A stretch of 64,000 bases of DNA from Clostridia bacterium (GCA_017545535.1 JAFWMS010000002.1:31116-95115), one strand, 5' to 3'. Shown: positions 20,062-29,436, counted from the first letter of the stretch. Made by a program: numbers and translations. The notes: a model not told the origin generated them from the letters alone.

Positions 20062-20202
20062 ACCGTCCTCCTCCCGTTGCCTCTATGGTAATATAGATTC
20101 CGCTTTCCTGCAAGAAAAACATGGGGAAAAGCGGCTCAACCGTTGCAAAGGGCGTCCAAGTATGCGACAATACAAGCAGAATATATGAAACCGGGAGGGA
20201 CC

Positions 20203-20874
20203 ATGACGAAAAAATTGTTCGCCCAGGCCATGGGCAAGTTCCTTATGGGCGTGCTGGGGGTGGGGCTGCTGATCTTTCTGCCTGCGGGCACCCTGCGGTT
20301 TTATGAGGGGTGGCTCCTGATGGGGGTCCTGTTCGTGCCCATGTTCCTGGCGGGGCTGCTTTTGATGGCCAAGGACCCGGACCGGCTCCGGCGGCGGCTG
20401 GACGCCCGGGAGCGGGAGATGACCCAAAAGCGGGTGATCCTCCTGTCCGGCCTCATGTTTCTCGCGTCCTTCCTGCTGGCGGGGCTCAGCTTCCGGTTCG
20501 GCTTTCTGCGCTTCCCCCGGTGGGTCAGCGTTCTGGGGGCTGTCCTCTTTCTGCTGGGGTATGGGCTCTACGCCCTGGTGCTGAAGGAGAACGCCTACCT
20601 GGCCCGGACCATACGGGTGGAGCAGGGACAGAAGCTGGTGGACACGGGGCTCTACGGCGTCGTTCGCCACCCCATGTACGCAGCTACGCTCCTCCTGTTT
20701 CTGTCCATGCCGTTGATCCTGGGGTCGATCCTTTCCCTGCTGGTCATGCTGGCCTATCCGATCCTCATCGCCCGCCGGATCGAAAACGAGGAGCAGGTGC
20801 TCCTCCGGGACCTGCCGGGCTACGGGGCCTATCGAAACAAGGTGCGCTGGCGGCTGGTGCCCTTTATCTGGTAG
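20203..20874 (+). CDS. ICMT/PEMT-family membrane methyltransferase
   Basis: Multi-TM protein with the GLYGVVRHPMY motif. ATG 20203 follows gggaggga. Confidence 0.7.
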   Translation: MTKKLFAQAMGKFLMGVLGVGLLIFLPAGTLRFYEGWLLMGVLFVPMFLAGLLLMAKDPDRLRRRLDAREREMTQKRVILLSGLMFLASFLLAGLSFRFGFLRFPRWVSVLGAVLFLLGYGLYALVLKENAYLARTIRVEQGQKLVDTGLYGVVRHPMYAATLLLFLSMPLILGSILSLLVMLAYPILIARRIENEEQVLLRDLPGYGAYRNKVRWRLVPFIW

Positions 20875-20883
20875 GAGGCGTCT

Positions 20884-21291
20884 ATGACCGTACGTGAAAT
20901 CTTTTTGGACGGGAACTACAACTGTGCCGAAGCGGTGCTGCTGTGGGCCGACGGGAAATACGGCCTCCATGTGGCCCCGGAGGACGTGAAGCTGGTCAGC
21001 GGCTTTGGCGGCGGCCTGGGCTGCGGAGAGAACTGCGGCGCCCTGCTGGGGGCCGTGGCCGCCCTGTCGAAGATGCTGGTGCAGGACAGGGCACACGAGA
21101 CGGCCGGCCTGCGGGAGGCCTGCGCCGGGCTCACGGATCGGTTCCGGGAGGATCTGGGCAGCATCGAGTGCGCGGAGCTGAAGAAAAAGTATCGGCGGCC
21201 CGACGTGCGCTGCCTCTTTGTGGTGGAGCGGGCGGCGGCCATTTTGGACGGGTATGTTCGCGAGTTGGAGGAGGCGCCCCATGAAGATTGA
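20884..21291 (+). CDS. C_GCAxxG_C_C family protein
   Basis: NCAEAVLL..GGGLGCGENCGALLGAV..CAELKKKY is the family signature. Confidence 0.8.
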   Translation: MTVREIFLDGNYNCAEAVLLWADGKYGLHVAPEDVKLVSGFGGGLGCGENCGALLGAVAALSKMLVQDRAHETAGLREACAGLTDRFREDLGSIECAELKKKYRRPDVRCLFVVERAAAILDGYVRELEEAPHED

Positions 21292-22918
21292 TCCCTTTCC
21301 CTTCGATCCGCTGCAGCAGCGGTACCCCTCCCAGCGGTTCCCCCTCTATGCCCGGGGCGGCATGGTGAACTGCTCCAGCCCCCAGGCAGCCGCGGCGGGG
21401 CTGGAGGCCCTGCGCCGGGGCGGGAACGCCGTGGACGCGGCGGTGGCGGCAGCGGCGGCCCTGACCGTGGTGGAGCCCACGGCCAACGGCATCGGCTCCG
21501 ACGCCTTCGCTCTCGTTTGGTCCGAGCAGGAGCAAAAGCTTTTCGGCCTCAATGCCAGCGGCCCCGCGCCGCAGATGCTGTCCATCGAGCGGGTCACCGC
21601 CGACGGCCGGGCCGTGAACGGGAGGATGCCCGTCCGGGGCTGGACCCCCGTCACCGTCTCCGGGGCGCCCGCTGCCTGGGCGGCGCTGAACAGCCGGTTC
21701 GGGCGGCTCTCCCTTTTGGAGGATCTGACTCCCGCCATCCGGTATGGAGAAGAGGGGTATCCCTGCTCGCCGAACCTGGCCGCCATGTGGAAGGTCAGCT
21801 ACGATCTGTTCTCCAGGACCCTGACGGACCCGGCCTACAAGCCCTGGTTCGATACCTTCGCGCCCCAGGGCCGGGCGCCGGTGGCGGGGGAGATGATCTA
21901 TCTAAAGGACCACGCCGCCACATTGCGGCGTATCGGGGAGACCGACGCCGAGGCCTTTTACCGGGGGGAGATCGCCCGCCGGATCGACGGGCAGAGCCGC
22001 CGGGACGGGGGGTACGTCCGCTTCGAGGACTACGCCGCCTTCCATCCCCGGTGGGTGGAGCCCATTTCGGTGAACTACCGGGGCTTCGACGTGTGCGAGA
22101 TCCCGCCTAACGGACAGGGGATCGCGGCCCTCATGGCGCTGAATATTCTCAAAGAGTTCCCCATGGGGGACCGGGAGGACGTGGAGACGGTCCACCGGCA
22201 GCTGGAGGCCATGAAGATGGCCTTTGCGGACGCCTTCCGGTACGTGACGGACCCGGACAAAATGGAGATCGACTACCACGACCTCCTTTCTCCCGCCTAC
22301 GGGGCCATGCGGGCCCGGGAGATGGAGGATCGGGCCCGGGTCTGGACCCACCGGCTGCCGCCCAAGAGCGGGACGGTGTACCTCTGCTGCGCCGACGGGG
22401 AGGGGAACATGGTCTCCTACATCCAGTCCAACTACAACGGCTTCGGCTCCGGGATCGTGGTGGAGGGCACCGGCGTGTCGCTGCAGAACCGGGGCGCGGA
22501 CTTTTCCCTGGACCCGGCGGCGGCGAACCGGCTGGAGCCGGGGAAGCGGACCTATCACACCATCATCCCCGGGTTCCTCATGAAGGACGGGCGGCCTGTG
22601 GGGCCCTTCGGGGTCATGGGGGGCTATATGCAGCCCCAGGGGCACGTGCAGGTGATGATGAACTATATCGACTTCCATCTGGATCCCCAGCAGGCGTTGG
22701 ACGCGCCTCGGTGGCAGTGGCTCCGGGACGGGACCGTCAGCGTGGAGAGTCGGTTCTCGCCGGATCTGGCCCGTGCGCTCCGGCGCCTCGGTCACGACGT
22801 GCGGCTGGACCTGAACACCCCCAGCTTCGGCCGGGGACAGATGATCGTCCGCCTCCCAAACGGGGTCCTGGTGGGCGGCACAGAGTCCCGGACGGACAGC
22901 AACATCGCCTGCTTTTAA
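21281..22918 (+). CDS. ggt: Gamma-glutamyltransferase family protein
   Basis: ATG 21281 lies inside ORF 21218..22918. GGT signatures are GGNAVDAAVAAAAALTVVEP, the Thr nucleophile region SGTVYLC, and GVMGGYMQPQGH. Confidence 0.85.
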   Translation: MKIDPFPFDPLQQRYPSQRFPLYARGGMVNCSSPQAAAAGLEALRRGGNAVDAAVAAAAALTVVEPTANGIGSDAFALVWSEQEQKLFGLNASGPAPQMLSIERVTADGRAVNGRMPVRGWTPVTVSGAPAAWAALNSRFGRLSLLEDLTPAIRYGEEGYPCSPNLAAMWKVSYDLFSRTLTDPAYKPWFDTFAPQGRAPVAGEMIYLKDHAATLRRIGETDAEAFYRGEIARRIDGQSRRDGGYVRFEDYAAFHPRWVEPISVNYRGFDVCEIPPNGQGIAALMALNILKEFPMGDREDVETVHRQLEAMKMAFADAFRYVTDPDKMEIDYHDLLSPAYGAMRAREMEDRARVWTHRLPPKSGTVYLCCADGEGNMVSYIQSNYNGFGSGIVVEGTGVSLQNRGADFSLDPAAANRLEPGKRTYHTIIPGFLMKDGRPVGPFGVMGGYMQPQGHVQVMMNYIDFHLDPQQALDAPRWQWLRDGTVSVESRFSPDLARALRRLGHDVRLDLNTPSFGRGQMIVRLPNGVLVGGTESRTDSNIACF

Positions 22919-22938
22919 GAGGAAGGAAGGAAAGCCTC

Positions 22939-22967
22939 TGCCCTTTTTCTTGGTAAGAAAAAGGGCA
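22939..22967 (+). terminator. Hairpin after ggt
   Basis: TGCCCTTTTTCT / AGAAAAAGGGCA perfect 12-bp stem with a 5-nt loop. Confidence 0.5.
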
Positions 22968-22983
22968 CTAAAAAGAACACAGA

Positions 22984-23015
22984 AAAGGGGAAATGCTTTT
23001 GTGGCATCTCCCCTT
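22984..23015 (-). terminator. Terminator after ypeB
   Basis: AAAGGGGAAATGC / GCATCTCCCCTTT stem, followed by a T-rich run on the minus strand. Confidence 0.5.
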
Positions 23016-23068
23016 TATGTTCTTTGTGCTTTTCTTCTTCACGAAGAGAAAAAGCGGCAAAAGCAGAA

Positions 23069-24394
23069 TTAAACCACCAGATCCCCTTCCTCGGAGTTGA
23101 TCACCTCAAAGATCTGCTCCTCCTCGCCGGTGAGGGCGTTGATGTAGACGATGTAGAAGGTGCCGTCCTTCGTGGCCTTGAACTCGTAGCAGAGGACCTC
23201 CGTCTGCTGGGTCAGAGGGATGAGGGCAAGATCCGTGTGCTCTACCTTCAGCTCCCCGGACACATACGCCCCGGCCTGCTCCTCGGTGAGCTTCGGCCGC
23301 GGCAGCGCCCGCTGCCGGTGGTTCAGCCGGTAGTTCCTGGCGTCCAGGCCCATGACCTCCCCGGTCTCCCGGTCCATATACACCTTCACGAGGTCGCTGT
23401 ACAGGATCACTCCCGCCTGCCGGGGCGCGAAGTTCAGCACCGCCGCCCCCTGGTAGTACTGGGCGTAGGCCGCCGCCGGGTCCTCGATGCCCAGCTCCTG
23501 CAAAAAGGACAGGGCGGTTTCCTTCAGCTGCAGGCTCTCTTGGTCGCTGGGCGGATCGTTTTTGTCCCCCGTGGGCGCGCCCATAAAGGAGAGCAGCTCC
23601 CCGCCCTGCTCTGTCAGCGACAGGGACACCTGCCCCCGGCTGGGGCTCTGCACGCTCAGTTCGTAGACCGGCAGCGCCCCGGGCACGTAGACCGTGTCCG
23701 CCACGGTCCCGTCGGAGAACAGCCGCCTGGCCCGTTCCGCCGCCTGCTGGGCCGTGATCCGTTCCCCGATCTCCCCCTGGGGCGGCCGGTTCTCCGCGCT
23801 CTCGGAGAAGGGCCCGTCGTAGATCAGCGTGGGGTACTCGCTGATGGCCGCCTCGCTTTGGCTCTGCTCATAGCAGCCGGCGTCCACGTTGTCCGCCGCC
23901 ACGTAGTCCCCGCTTTGGATGGCCTCGCCGGCCACCTGCCGGATCTGGGCGCAGGCGGCCCGCATGTCGCCGAGCTGCTTTCTATCCTCCTCCGTCAGCG
24001 TCCGGCCCTGGAGTACTCGACCCATGAGGGCGTGGGCGTAATCCCCACAGCGGGTGACGAACTGGCTCATGTCGCAGCTGTCCGCGTGGGAGAGGGGCAA
24101 AAGCCCCATGGCCGCCCCCGCGCTGCCCGTAGCCCGCCACACGTCGCCCAGCAGCAGCACGCTTTGTCGCGGCGAGGACGCCGCCGAAAGCTTCGACAGC
24201 GACACGTCCACGTCGTTCAAATCGTCGTCGATCCGGCGGTACAGATTCTCGATCCGGGTCCGCTCCGCCGCCTGCCGGGCCGCCAGGGCCTCCCGGTTCT
24301 CGCCCAGCTTCACCAAAGCTGCAACAAGCCCCACCGCCAGGGCCGCCCAAATTAGTCTTCTCAATCCTTTTCTCATATCATTTACCTTTTTCAA
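23069..24394 (-). CDS. ypeB: Germination protein YpeB
   Basis: 441 aa with an N-terminal TM helix. LLLGDVWRATGSAGAAMGLLPLSH and the C-terminal EVLCYEFKATKDGTFYIVYINALTGEEEQI parallel B. subtilis YpeB (PepSY repeats). Confidence 0.85.
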   Translation of the reverse strand: MKKVNDMRKGLRRLIWAALAVGLVAALVKLGENREALAARQAAERTRIENLYRRIDDDLNDVDVSLSKLSAASSPRQSVLLLGDVWRATGSAGAAMGLLPLSHADSCDMSQFVTRCGDYAHALMGRVLQGRTLTEEDRKQLGDMRAACAQIRQVAGEAIQSGDYVAADNVDAGCYEQSQSEAAISEYPTLIYDGPFSESAENRPPQGEIGERITAQQAAERARRLFSDGTVADTVYVPGALPVYELSVQSPSRGQVSLSLTEQGGELLSFMGAPTGDKNDPPSDQESLQLKETALSFLQELGIEDPAAAYAQYYQGAAVLNFAPRQAGVILYSDLVKVYMDRETGEVMGLDARNYRLNHRQRALPRPKLTEEQAGAYVSGELKVEHTDLALIPLTQQTEVLCYEFKATKDGTFYIVYINALTGEEEQIFEVINSEEGDLVV

Positions 24395-24609
24395 TAGCAG
24401 AACACGTGGTTGCCGATCCTAAGCGCCACGGGCTTGGAGAGCATCCACTTGTTGGTGGTGTTCGCCGGGTTGTAGTAGTACAGGCACCCGTAGGTGGGGT
24501 CGTACCCGTTCATGGCGTCCCGGGCCGCCCTAAGCGCCGTTTCGTTGGGCCCCAAGTCGATCTGCCCGTCGCTCACCGCGTCGAACGCCCCGGGCTGAGA
24601 GAAGGTTTG
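24391..24609 (-). pseudogene. sleB: 5'-truncated sleB (spore cortex-lytic enzyme); only the C-terminal ~70 codons remain
   Basis: The minus-strand frame reads TGA(24610-24612)-QTFSQPGAFDAVSDGQIDLGPNETALRAARDAMNGYDPTYGCLYYYNP..IGNHVFCY. This is the C-terminal half of the SleB/CwlJ Hydrolase_2 domain. It overlaps the ypeB start by 4 nt. There is no N-terminal half, signal peptide or promoter. Confidence 0.8.
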
Positions 24610-24708
24610 TCAAGTATAGTTTTACAAAAAATCATCCTCGCTTTGGCTGAATTTCGACATAAGTGGCAATAGAAAAGACTAAGTACTTACCAATGAAAGT
24701 AAAGCAAA

Positions 24709-24948
24709 GCGCCACCCGATGGGTGGCGCTTTCCTTTGGTCTCCCCGGCGGGATCCGAGCCAACGGCCTTCCGCTTAGGAGAACTGCGACTACGCATGGC
24801 TGATAAAGTTAGACGGCATATGGAAAAACCTGAAAAACCCAGTAATTTAGGGCAAAATCGACATTGTATACTATGCTCATTCAAATCACTCTATGATAGC
24901 ATGCTCATGCAAAGTACAGTCAAAATGCAGTCAAAAGTGCAGTCATTT
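24709..24948 (-). repeat. Module copy 1: GC-rich hairpin, tRNA 3'-half relic, conserved spacer, 3 direct repeats T(G/A)CAGTCA
   Basis: Hairpin GCGCCACCC-gat-GGGTGGCGC at 24709-24729. tRNA half at 24737-24781. Shared blocks GCTGATAAAG and AATTTAGGG. Repeats at 24915-24948 with an 11-12-bp period. The module is homologous by eye to 48770-49020. Confidence 0.7.
24737..24781 (-). other. Decayed 3' half of a tRNA-Arg(CCU)-like gene (anticodon loop to CCA), no 5' half
   Basis: The minus strand reads CTCCTAA GCGGA AGGCC GTTGG CTCGGAT CCCGC CGGGGAG A CCA. The layout is canonical but the T-arm is mutated relative to copy 2. Confidence 0.6.
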
Positions 24949-24949
24949 A

Positions 24950-25294
24950 ATGGAGACGGTTGTCAGCCTTTCCAAGGGTGAGATATCGAGCAAACCCGTC
25001 CGTGTCGAGTTCTCTCTGGAAGGCCTGGACACCTCCTGTCTGCTGAACGACGCCACCTATCAGCAGATCAAGGATTACGTCCTTGAGCACATAGGACTGC
25101 ATGTCTCAACTCTGTACATCGCCCAGGTGAAGGCGAAGCATGGGATCATCGAGCGGGAGTGCTATAACAAGGCGAAGACGGAGGGAAACCGTGTGCCGAA
25201 ATGTCCGCCGGAGAAGGAGAAGGCCATTGAGGAGGCGCTGAGACATTTTCAGATGATTCCGGAAGATCAAGGTTCTTCCATTCCTGCTCAGTAA
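24950..25294 (+). CDS. Small conserved protein of a type I recall from Firmicutes mobile elements (function unknown)
   Basis: ORF 24893..25294. The conserved-looking core is STLYIAQVKAKHGIIERECYNKAKTEGNRVPKCPPEKEKAIEEALRHFQMI. The start is uncertain because no clear SD precedes ATG 24950. Confidence 0.45.
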   Translation: METVVSLSKGEISSKPVRVEFSLEGLDTSCLLNDATYQQIKDYVLEHIGLHVSTLYIAQVKAKHGIIERECYNKAKTEGNRVPKCPPEKEKAIEEALRHFQMIPEDQGSSIPAQ

Positions 25295-25363
25295 CGGTCA
25301 TCAGCCTTCGTAGACTGTGCTGTCTTATGCGCATATGAAAGAGGGCTGTTAGGAGAACTCAAG

Positions 25364-25600
25364 ATGTACAACTCATTTAACAACATGTGGAATTGGGACT
25401 ATATCCAACAGCAGCAAGCACTTCAGCATCATCAGAATCAGGTTTATCAGATAGCTGATTGCGCCAAGAAACTGAAAGACTTTCTTGAAAGCGCAGAGAA
25501 AATCGATCCTTCTTATGAAAAAGCCGCTTTTGAGGCATGTTGTGCCGTATTGCTTGACCACGCAAACAAGCAACGCAAAGCCAATAACATGTGGCATTGA
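25364..25600 (+). CDS. Hypothetical 78-aa protein
   Basis: A good SD (taggagaactcaag) precedes the ATG and composition is AT-rich. I recognised no motif. Confidence 0.45.
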   Translation: MYNSFNNMWNWDYIQQQQALQHHQNQVYQIADCAKKLKDFLESAEKIDPSYEKAAFEACCAVLLDHANKQRKANNMWH

Positions 25601-25819
25601 GAGCAAGAAAAAAGGGCCTGCTTCTCCACTCACGGAGTAGCAGGCTCTGTGCTTTATGCGCCTGGCTCGTCACAAACAACAATCTCGATTTCAATCACTT
25701 CGTGTTTGCTTTCTTTTTGCGCTTTGCGCTTTAGCTAGGCCGATCTTTTACTTGCGTTCGGATGGCTTTTCGTGCTATACTTTATTGAATACTTACAGGC
25801 GGAAAGAGGGTGTGCAGCG

Positions 25820-26548
25820 TTGCAAGAGTATGTTGTCCGACCGCGTGAGGCCGCTCTGGAAGCACTTCGTGCCTATCTGAGACAAAACAGATTGAAGGCG
25901 GGCGATCGCTTGCCCGCAGAGCGGGAAACGTGCGAGATGTGGTCGTGCAACCGCAGTACGCTGCGCTCGGCGATCAACCGGCTGGTCAAGAGCGGCGAGT
26001 TGGAGGTACGTCCCGGGTCCGGGATCTACTATTCCGGGGACAAATACCGCCGCAAACTGCAGGGTCTGAAATCCTTCGAAGAGGAGACCACACTGCAGGG
26101 ACGGCCCCATGAGAGCCGTCTGCTGGCCTTTGAAAAGATCGAGAGCGACAAGCGTCTTTCCCGCCTTTTCCGGGTCACGCTGGGCACGCAGTTGTGGCAT
26201 TTGTCGCGCCTCCGTTTTGCAGACGGCAGGGTCCTGCAGATCGAGAGCTCATATTTCCTGGTCGAGCGCTTTCCGGACATCGACCGCTTCGATTTTGCAC
26301 GAGACTCGCTCTATCGCGTTTTTGAGCAGGAATACGGCGTGGTTCCCACGCAGGGCGAGGAGCGGATCTCCACCACGCGCGTGGGAGAAGAAGCCGAATT
26401 GCTTGAGCTTCCCAATGAGACGCCCATCTTTCGAATCGAGAGCCGGACCTATGATCAGGACGGAGCAATGCTGGAATACTGCCGGGTCATGATCCGACCG
26501 GACCGGGTCATGCTAATCAGCCGGATGGAAACCCGACTTGCCGAGTGA
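25820..26548 (+). CDS. GntR/HutC-family regulator (HTH + UTRA)
   Basis: ORF 25772..26548. The likely start is TTG 25820 after ggaaagaggg. HTH is LPAERETCEMWSCNRSTLRSAINRLVKSGELEVRPGSGIYY, with a UTRA-like C-half. The promoter tgctatact lies inside the longer ORF. Confidence 0.75.
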   Translation: MQEYVVRPREAALEALRAYLRQNRLKAGDRLPAERETCEMWSCNRSTLRSAINRLVKSGELEVRPGSGIYYSGDKYRRKLQGLKSFEEETTLQGRPHESRLLAFEKIESDKRLSRLFRVTLGTQLWHLSRLRFADGRVLQIESSYFLVERFPDIDRFDFARDSLYRVFEQEYGVVPTQGEERISTTRVGEEAELLELPNETPIFRIESRTYDQDGAMLEYCRVMIRPDRVMLISRMETRLAE

Positions 26549-26591
26549 CGCGCATGCCGCGGCGGCGAATGGAAAGGCGGTGTAAAGTGCT

Positions 26592-27326
26592 TTGAACGAG
26601 AAAAAAGTGAATTATCACTCCCCGCTCTATCTTCAACTGCGGGAAGTTATCCGCAGCAAAATCGAGAGCGGCGAGTATCCGCCCGGCACACCGATTCCCT
26701 CCGAGAACGCTCTGGCGGAGACCTACGGGATTCACCGCCTCTCCGTACGCTCCGCGATCTCCGCGCTGATCTACGAGGGTTTGCTGAAAAGTGTGCAGGG
26801 AAAGGGCGTGTACGTCACGAGCAGGAAGGACGAGCGCGATTTGGAGACCATCGGCGGCTTCAAGCAGACGATGGAGCAGCTCGGCCACAAGAGCTCGGCC
26901 AAGATACTCATCAAGGCAACGCGAGAAGCCGGCCCCTATTATGCAAGTCTGCTGAAAATCGATCCCCACGACAGCGTGTACTATATCAAGCGCGTTCTCT
27001 GCAGCGACGGCGAACCCTACTCGCTCGAAGAGCTGTATATCCCAACGACCGTACTGGAAAACCTTCCGCAGGTGGATCTCAATGTTTTTTCCATGTATCA
27101 GATCTATGAATTCTACGGCATCCGCATCTCCCGCGTGTGGGAGCGGCTGGAACTGGAGGAGCTTGACCCCATGGAGGCGCGTCTGCTGGACATCGACAGT
27201 TCCTTTGCCGTGATGAAGTTCCAGGGTCTGAGCTATGATCAGCACGGCCGGATCGTGGAATACGCCCGCACTTATACCAGAGGCGATAAGTGCAACTTCA
27301 GCGTCCATTACCAAAGAGAAGGATAA
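26592..27326 (+). CDS. GntR/HutC-family regulator (HTH + UTRA)
   Basis: IPSENALAETYGIHRLSVRSAISALIYEGLLKSVQGKGVYV plus a UTRA-like C-half. Confidence 0.8.
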   Translation: MNEKKVNYHSPLYLQLREVIRSKIESGEYPPGTPIPSENALAETYGIHRLSVRSAISALIYEGLLKSVQGKGVYVTSRKDERDLETIGGFKQTMEQLGHKSSAKILIKATREAGPYYASLLKIDPHDSVYYIKRVLCSDGEPYSLEELYIPTTVLENLPQVDLNVFSMYQIYEFYGIRISRVWERLELEELDPMEARLLDIDSSFAVMKFQGLSYDQHGRIVEYARTYTRGDKCNFSVHYQREG

Positions 27327-27349
27327 TTGAATCACGATCGCAGGATCAT

Positions 27350-27390
27350 AACGCCGCACGGCGGGCTTCGGCTCGCCGTGCGGCGTTTTA
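27350..27390 (+). terminator. Rho-independent terminator
   Basis: AACGCCGCACGGCG / CGCCGTGCGGCGTT 14-bp stem followed by TTTTA. Confidence 0.75.
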
Positions 27391-27558
27391 TATAATTGTT
27401 GTTATTTTTTGTACCAATTTAACAATTCGTGTCCGACCGGGCTTTTCGAAGGCGAATGCTCTGCCTCGGGCGAGCCAAACGAAGTGCTCGGAAAGAGCGA
27501 AAATATGCCATATTTTGCTGCTTCACAGGCCTTGCAATTGCCGCGCCTGTATTCCGCC

Positions 27559-27604
27559 AAAGTGGTACAAAGTTATTGACAAGTTATATGTAAGATGCTA
27601 TAGT
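27559..27604 (+). promoter_or_regulatory. Promoter of the ABC-transporter operon with an abutting AAAGTGGTACAA operator-like site
   Basis: AAAGTGGTACAA at 27559-27570. -35 TTGACA at 27576-27581, a 17-nt spacer, then -10 TATAGT at 27599-27604. Confidence 0.65.
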
Positions 27605-27676
27605 CAATTTAGCGTGAGAAACCGCTGAATACTATGGTTCTGCTTTGACGGAGCCGTGAAAAAAGGAGAGAACGCC

Positions 27677-29371
27677 ATGAAAACCTGGAAGAAGATCCTG
27701 CCGCTTTTGCTGGCTTTGCTGATGCTGGCGGGCTGCGGCGCTCCTGCCGCGCAGGAAACGGTTCCTGTTCCCGCGGCCCCTGCAGACGTCGCGTCTGCCG
27801 ATACCGCAGAGGACGGCGACTACAAGGTGTTGAATGTCGGCCGTATGGCTGAGCTGTTCGACATGGATTCCACGATCGCCACGGAAGCCGACTGCTTGGA
27901 GGTTATCTCCGCGATCATCGAACCGCTCTTCGTCACTGCTGCGGACGGCACGCCGGTCAACGCGCTGTGCGCATCCTATGAGACGAACGAGGAATCTACT
28001 GAGTATGTGTTCCACATTCGTGAGGACGCCAACTGGATGAACGGCGTACCCGTCACGGCGGACGACTTTGTTTTCGCATGGCGCCGTCTGGTCGATCCCG
28101 TGACTGCCTCCGAATACAGCTTCATGATGGAAGTGGCGGCCGTGAAGAACGCAACGCCCATTATCAGCGGCGAGCTGCCCATCGAGGAACTCGGCGTCAG
28201 CGCTGTGGACAGCAAGACCCTGAAGGTCGAGCTGGATCATCCTGTTTCCTATTTCCTGAACCTGATGACCTTCCCCAGCTTCTGTCCGATCAACGAGGCC
28301 TTTGCCACGGAGCTCGGCAGCGAGTATGCGCTGGGTGCCGACAAGCTGCTCTGCTGCGGCCCCTTCTACATGTCTGCCTGGGACGTGGGCGGCAACACCT
28401 ATCAGCTCAAGAAAAACCCCAGCTACTATGACGCGGACAAGGTCAATCTGGACGAAATCAATTTCCAGATCATCAAGGATCCGCAGCAGACGATGCTTGC
28501 CTATGAAAACGGCACGCTGGACTATGTCCGCCTCTCCGGCGACCAGATCGTGAAGTACCAGACCATGGACGGCTTTACCCGCATCGAAGAGGGCTATCTG
28601 TGGTATCTCTCCCCCAACCTCAATCCGAAGAGCGAGAAGTATTCCTGCGGCCTTGAGAACGAAAACCTGCGCATGGCCATCGCACTGAGCTATGACAAGG
28701 ACGTGATCTGCTATGAGATCCTGCAGGACGGCTCCACGCCCGCCGACTTCGCGATCCCGAACCGGCTGGCCATCGGCCCGGACGGCAAGGACTTCCGTGA
28801 GACCTCACCGCTCTACCTGCAGACCGACAAGGCCAAGGCCCAGGAGTACTGGGAGGCAGCCAAGAAAGAGCTCGGTGTGGACGAAGTCACGATCGAGCTT
28901 CTCTATGACGACTCCGACTCCACGCCGCTAATTGCCCAGTTCCTGCAGAGCGAGATCGAGAACAATCTGCCCGGCGTACACATCAACCTCAAATCTCAGC
29001 CGAAGAAGAGCCGTACCGAACTGATGCAGAACCGTGAGTATCAGCTCGGCCTGACCCGTTGGGGCCCGGACTACGCCGACCCGATGACCTATCTGGACAT
29101 GTGGACGACCGGCTCGACCTACAATTACGGCGAGTGGAGCAATGAGGAATATGACAAGCTGATCGCGGACGCCAACGGCGATCTTGCCAACCGGTACGAG
29201 GAGCGCTGGGAGGCGCTCAAGCAGGCCGAGGCACTCGTGATGGAGCACGCTGTGATCCTTCCGGTCTACCAGAAGGGTACTGCCGCCATGGTGCGGCCCG
29301 GCATCACCGGTCTGGCCTTCTTCCCCGTCGGTGTGGGCACGATCTACAAAGACGTGGATGTGAACTTCTGA
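27677..29371 (+). CDS. ABC transporter substrate-binding lipoprotein, family 5 (peptide/opine type)
   Basis: Lipobox MKTWKKILPLLLALLMLAGC. Length and motifs fit the Opp/Dpp-type SBP family. ATG 27677 follows aaaggagag. Confidence 0.85.
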   Translation: MKTWKKILPLLLALLMLAGCGAPAAQETVPVPAAPADVASADTAEDGDYKVLNVGRMAELFDMDSTIATEADCLEVISAIIEPLFVTAADGTPVNALCASYETNEESTEYVFHIREDANWMNGVPVTADDFVFAWRRLVDPVTASEYSFMMEVAAVKNATPIISGELPIEELGVSAVDSKTLKVELDHPVSYFLNLMTFPSFCPINEAFATELGSEYALGADKLLCCGPFYMSAWDVGGNTYQLKKNPSYYDADKVNLDEINFQIIKDPQQTMLAYENGTLDYVRLSGDQIVKYQTMDGFTRIEEGYLWYLSPNLNPKSEKYSCGLENENLRMAIALSYDKDVICYEILQDGSTPADFAIPNRLAIGPDGKDFRETSPLYLQTDKAKAQEYWEAAKKELGVDEVTIELLYDDSDSTPLIAQFLQSEIENNLPGVHINLKSQPKKSRTELMQNREYQLGLTRWGPDYADPMTYLDMWTTGSTYNYGEWSNEEYDKLIADANGDLANRYEERWEALKQAEALVMEHAVILPVYQKGTAAMVRPGITGLAFFPVGVGTIYKDVDVNF

Positions 29372-29398
29372 TACAGCATTCGTACAGCAAATCCGTTA

Positions 29399-29436
29399 AA
29401 GGGCGGCCGCGCTTCATCGGTTGCGCGGCCGCCCTT
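29399..29436 (+). terminator. Intra-operon hairpin after the SBP gene
   Basis: AAGGGCGGCCGCGC / GCGCGGCCGCCCTT 14-bp stem. It probably acts as a partial terminator or stabiliser. Confidence 0.5.
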
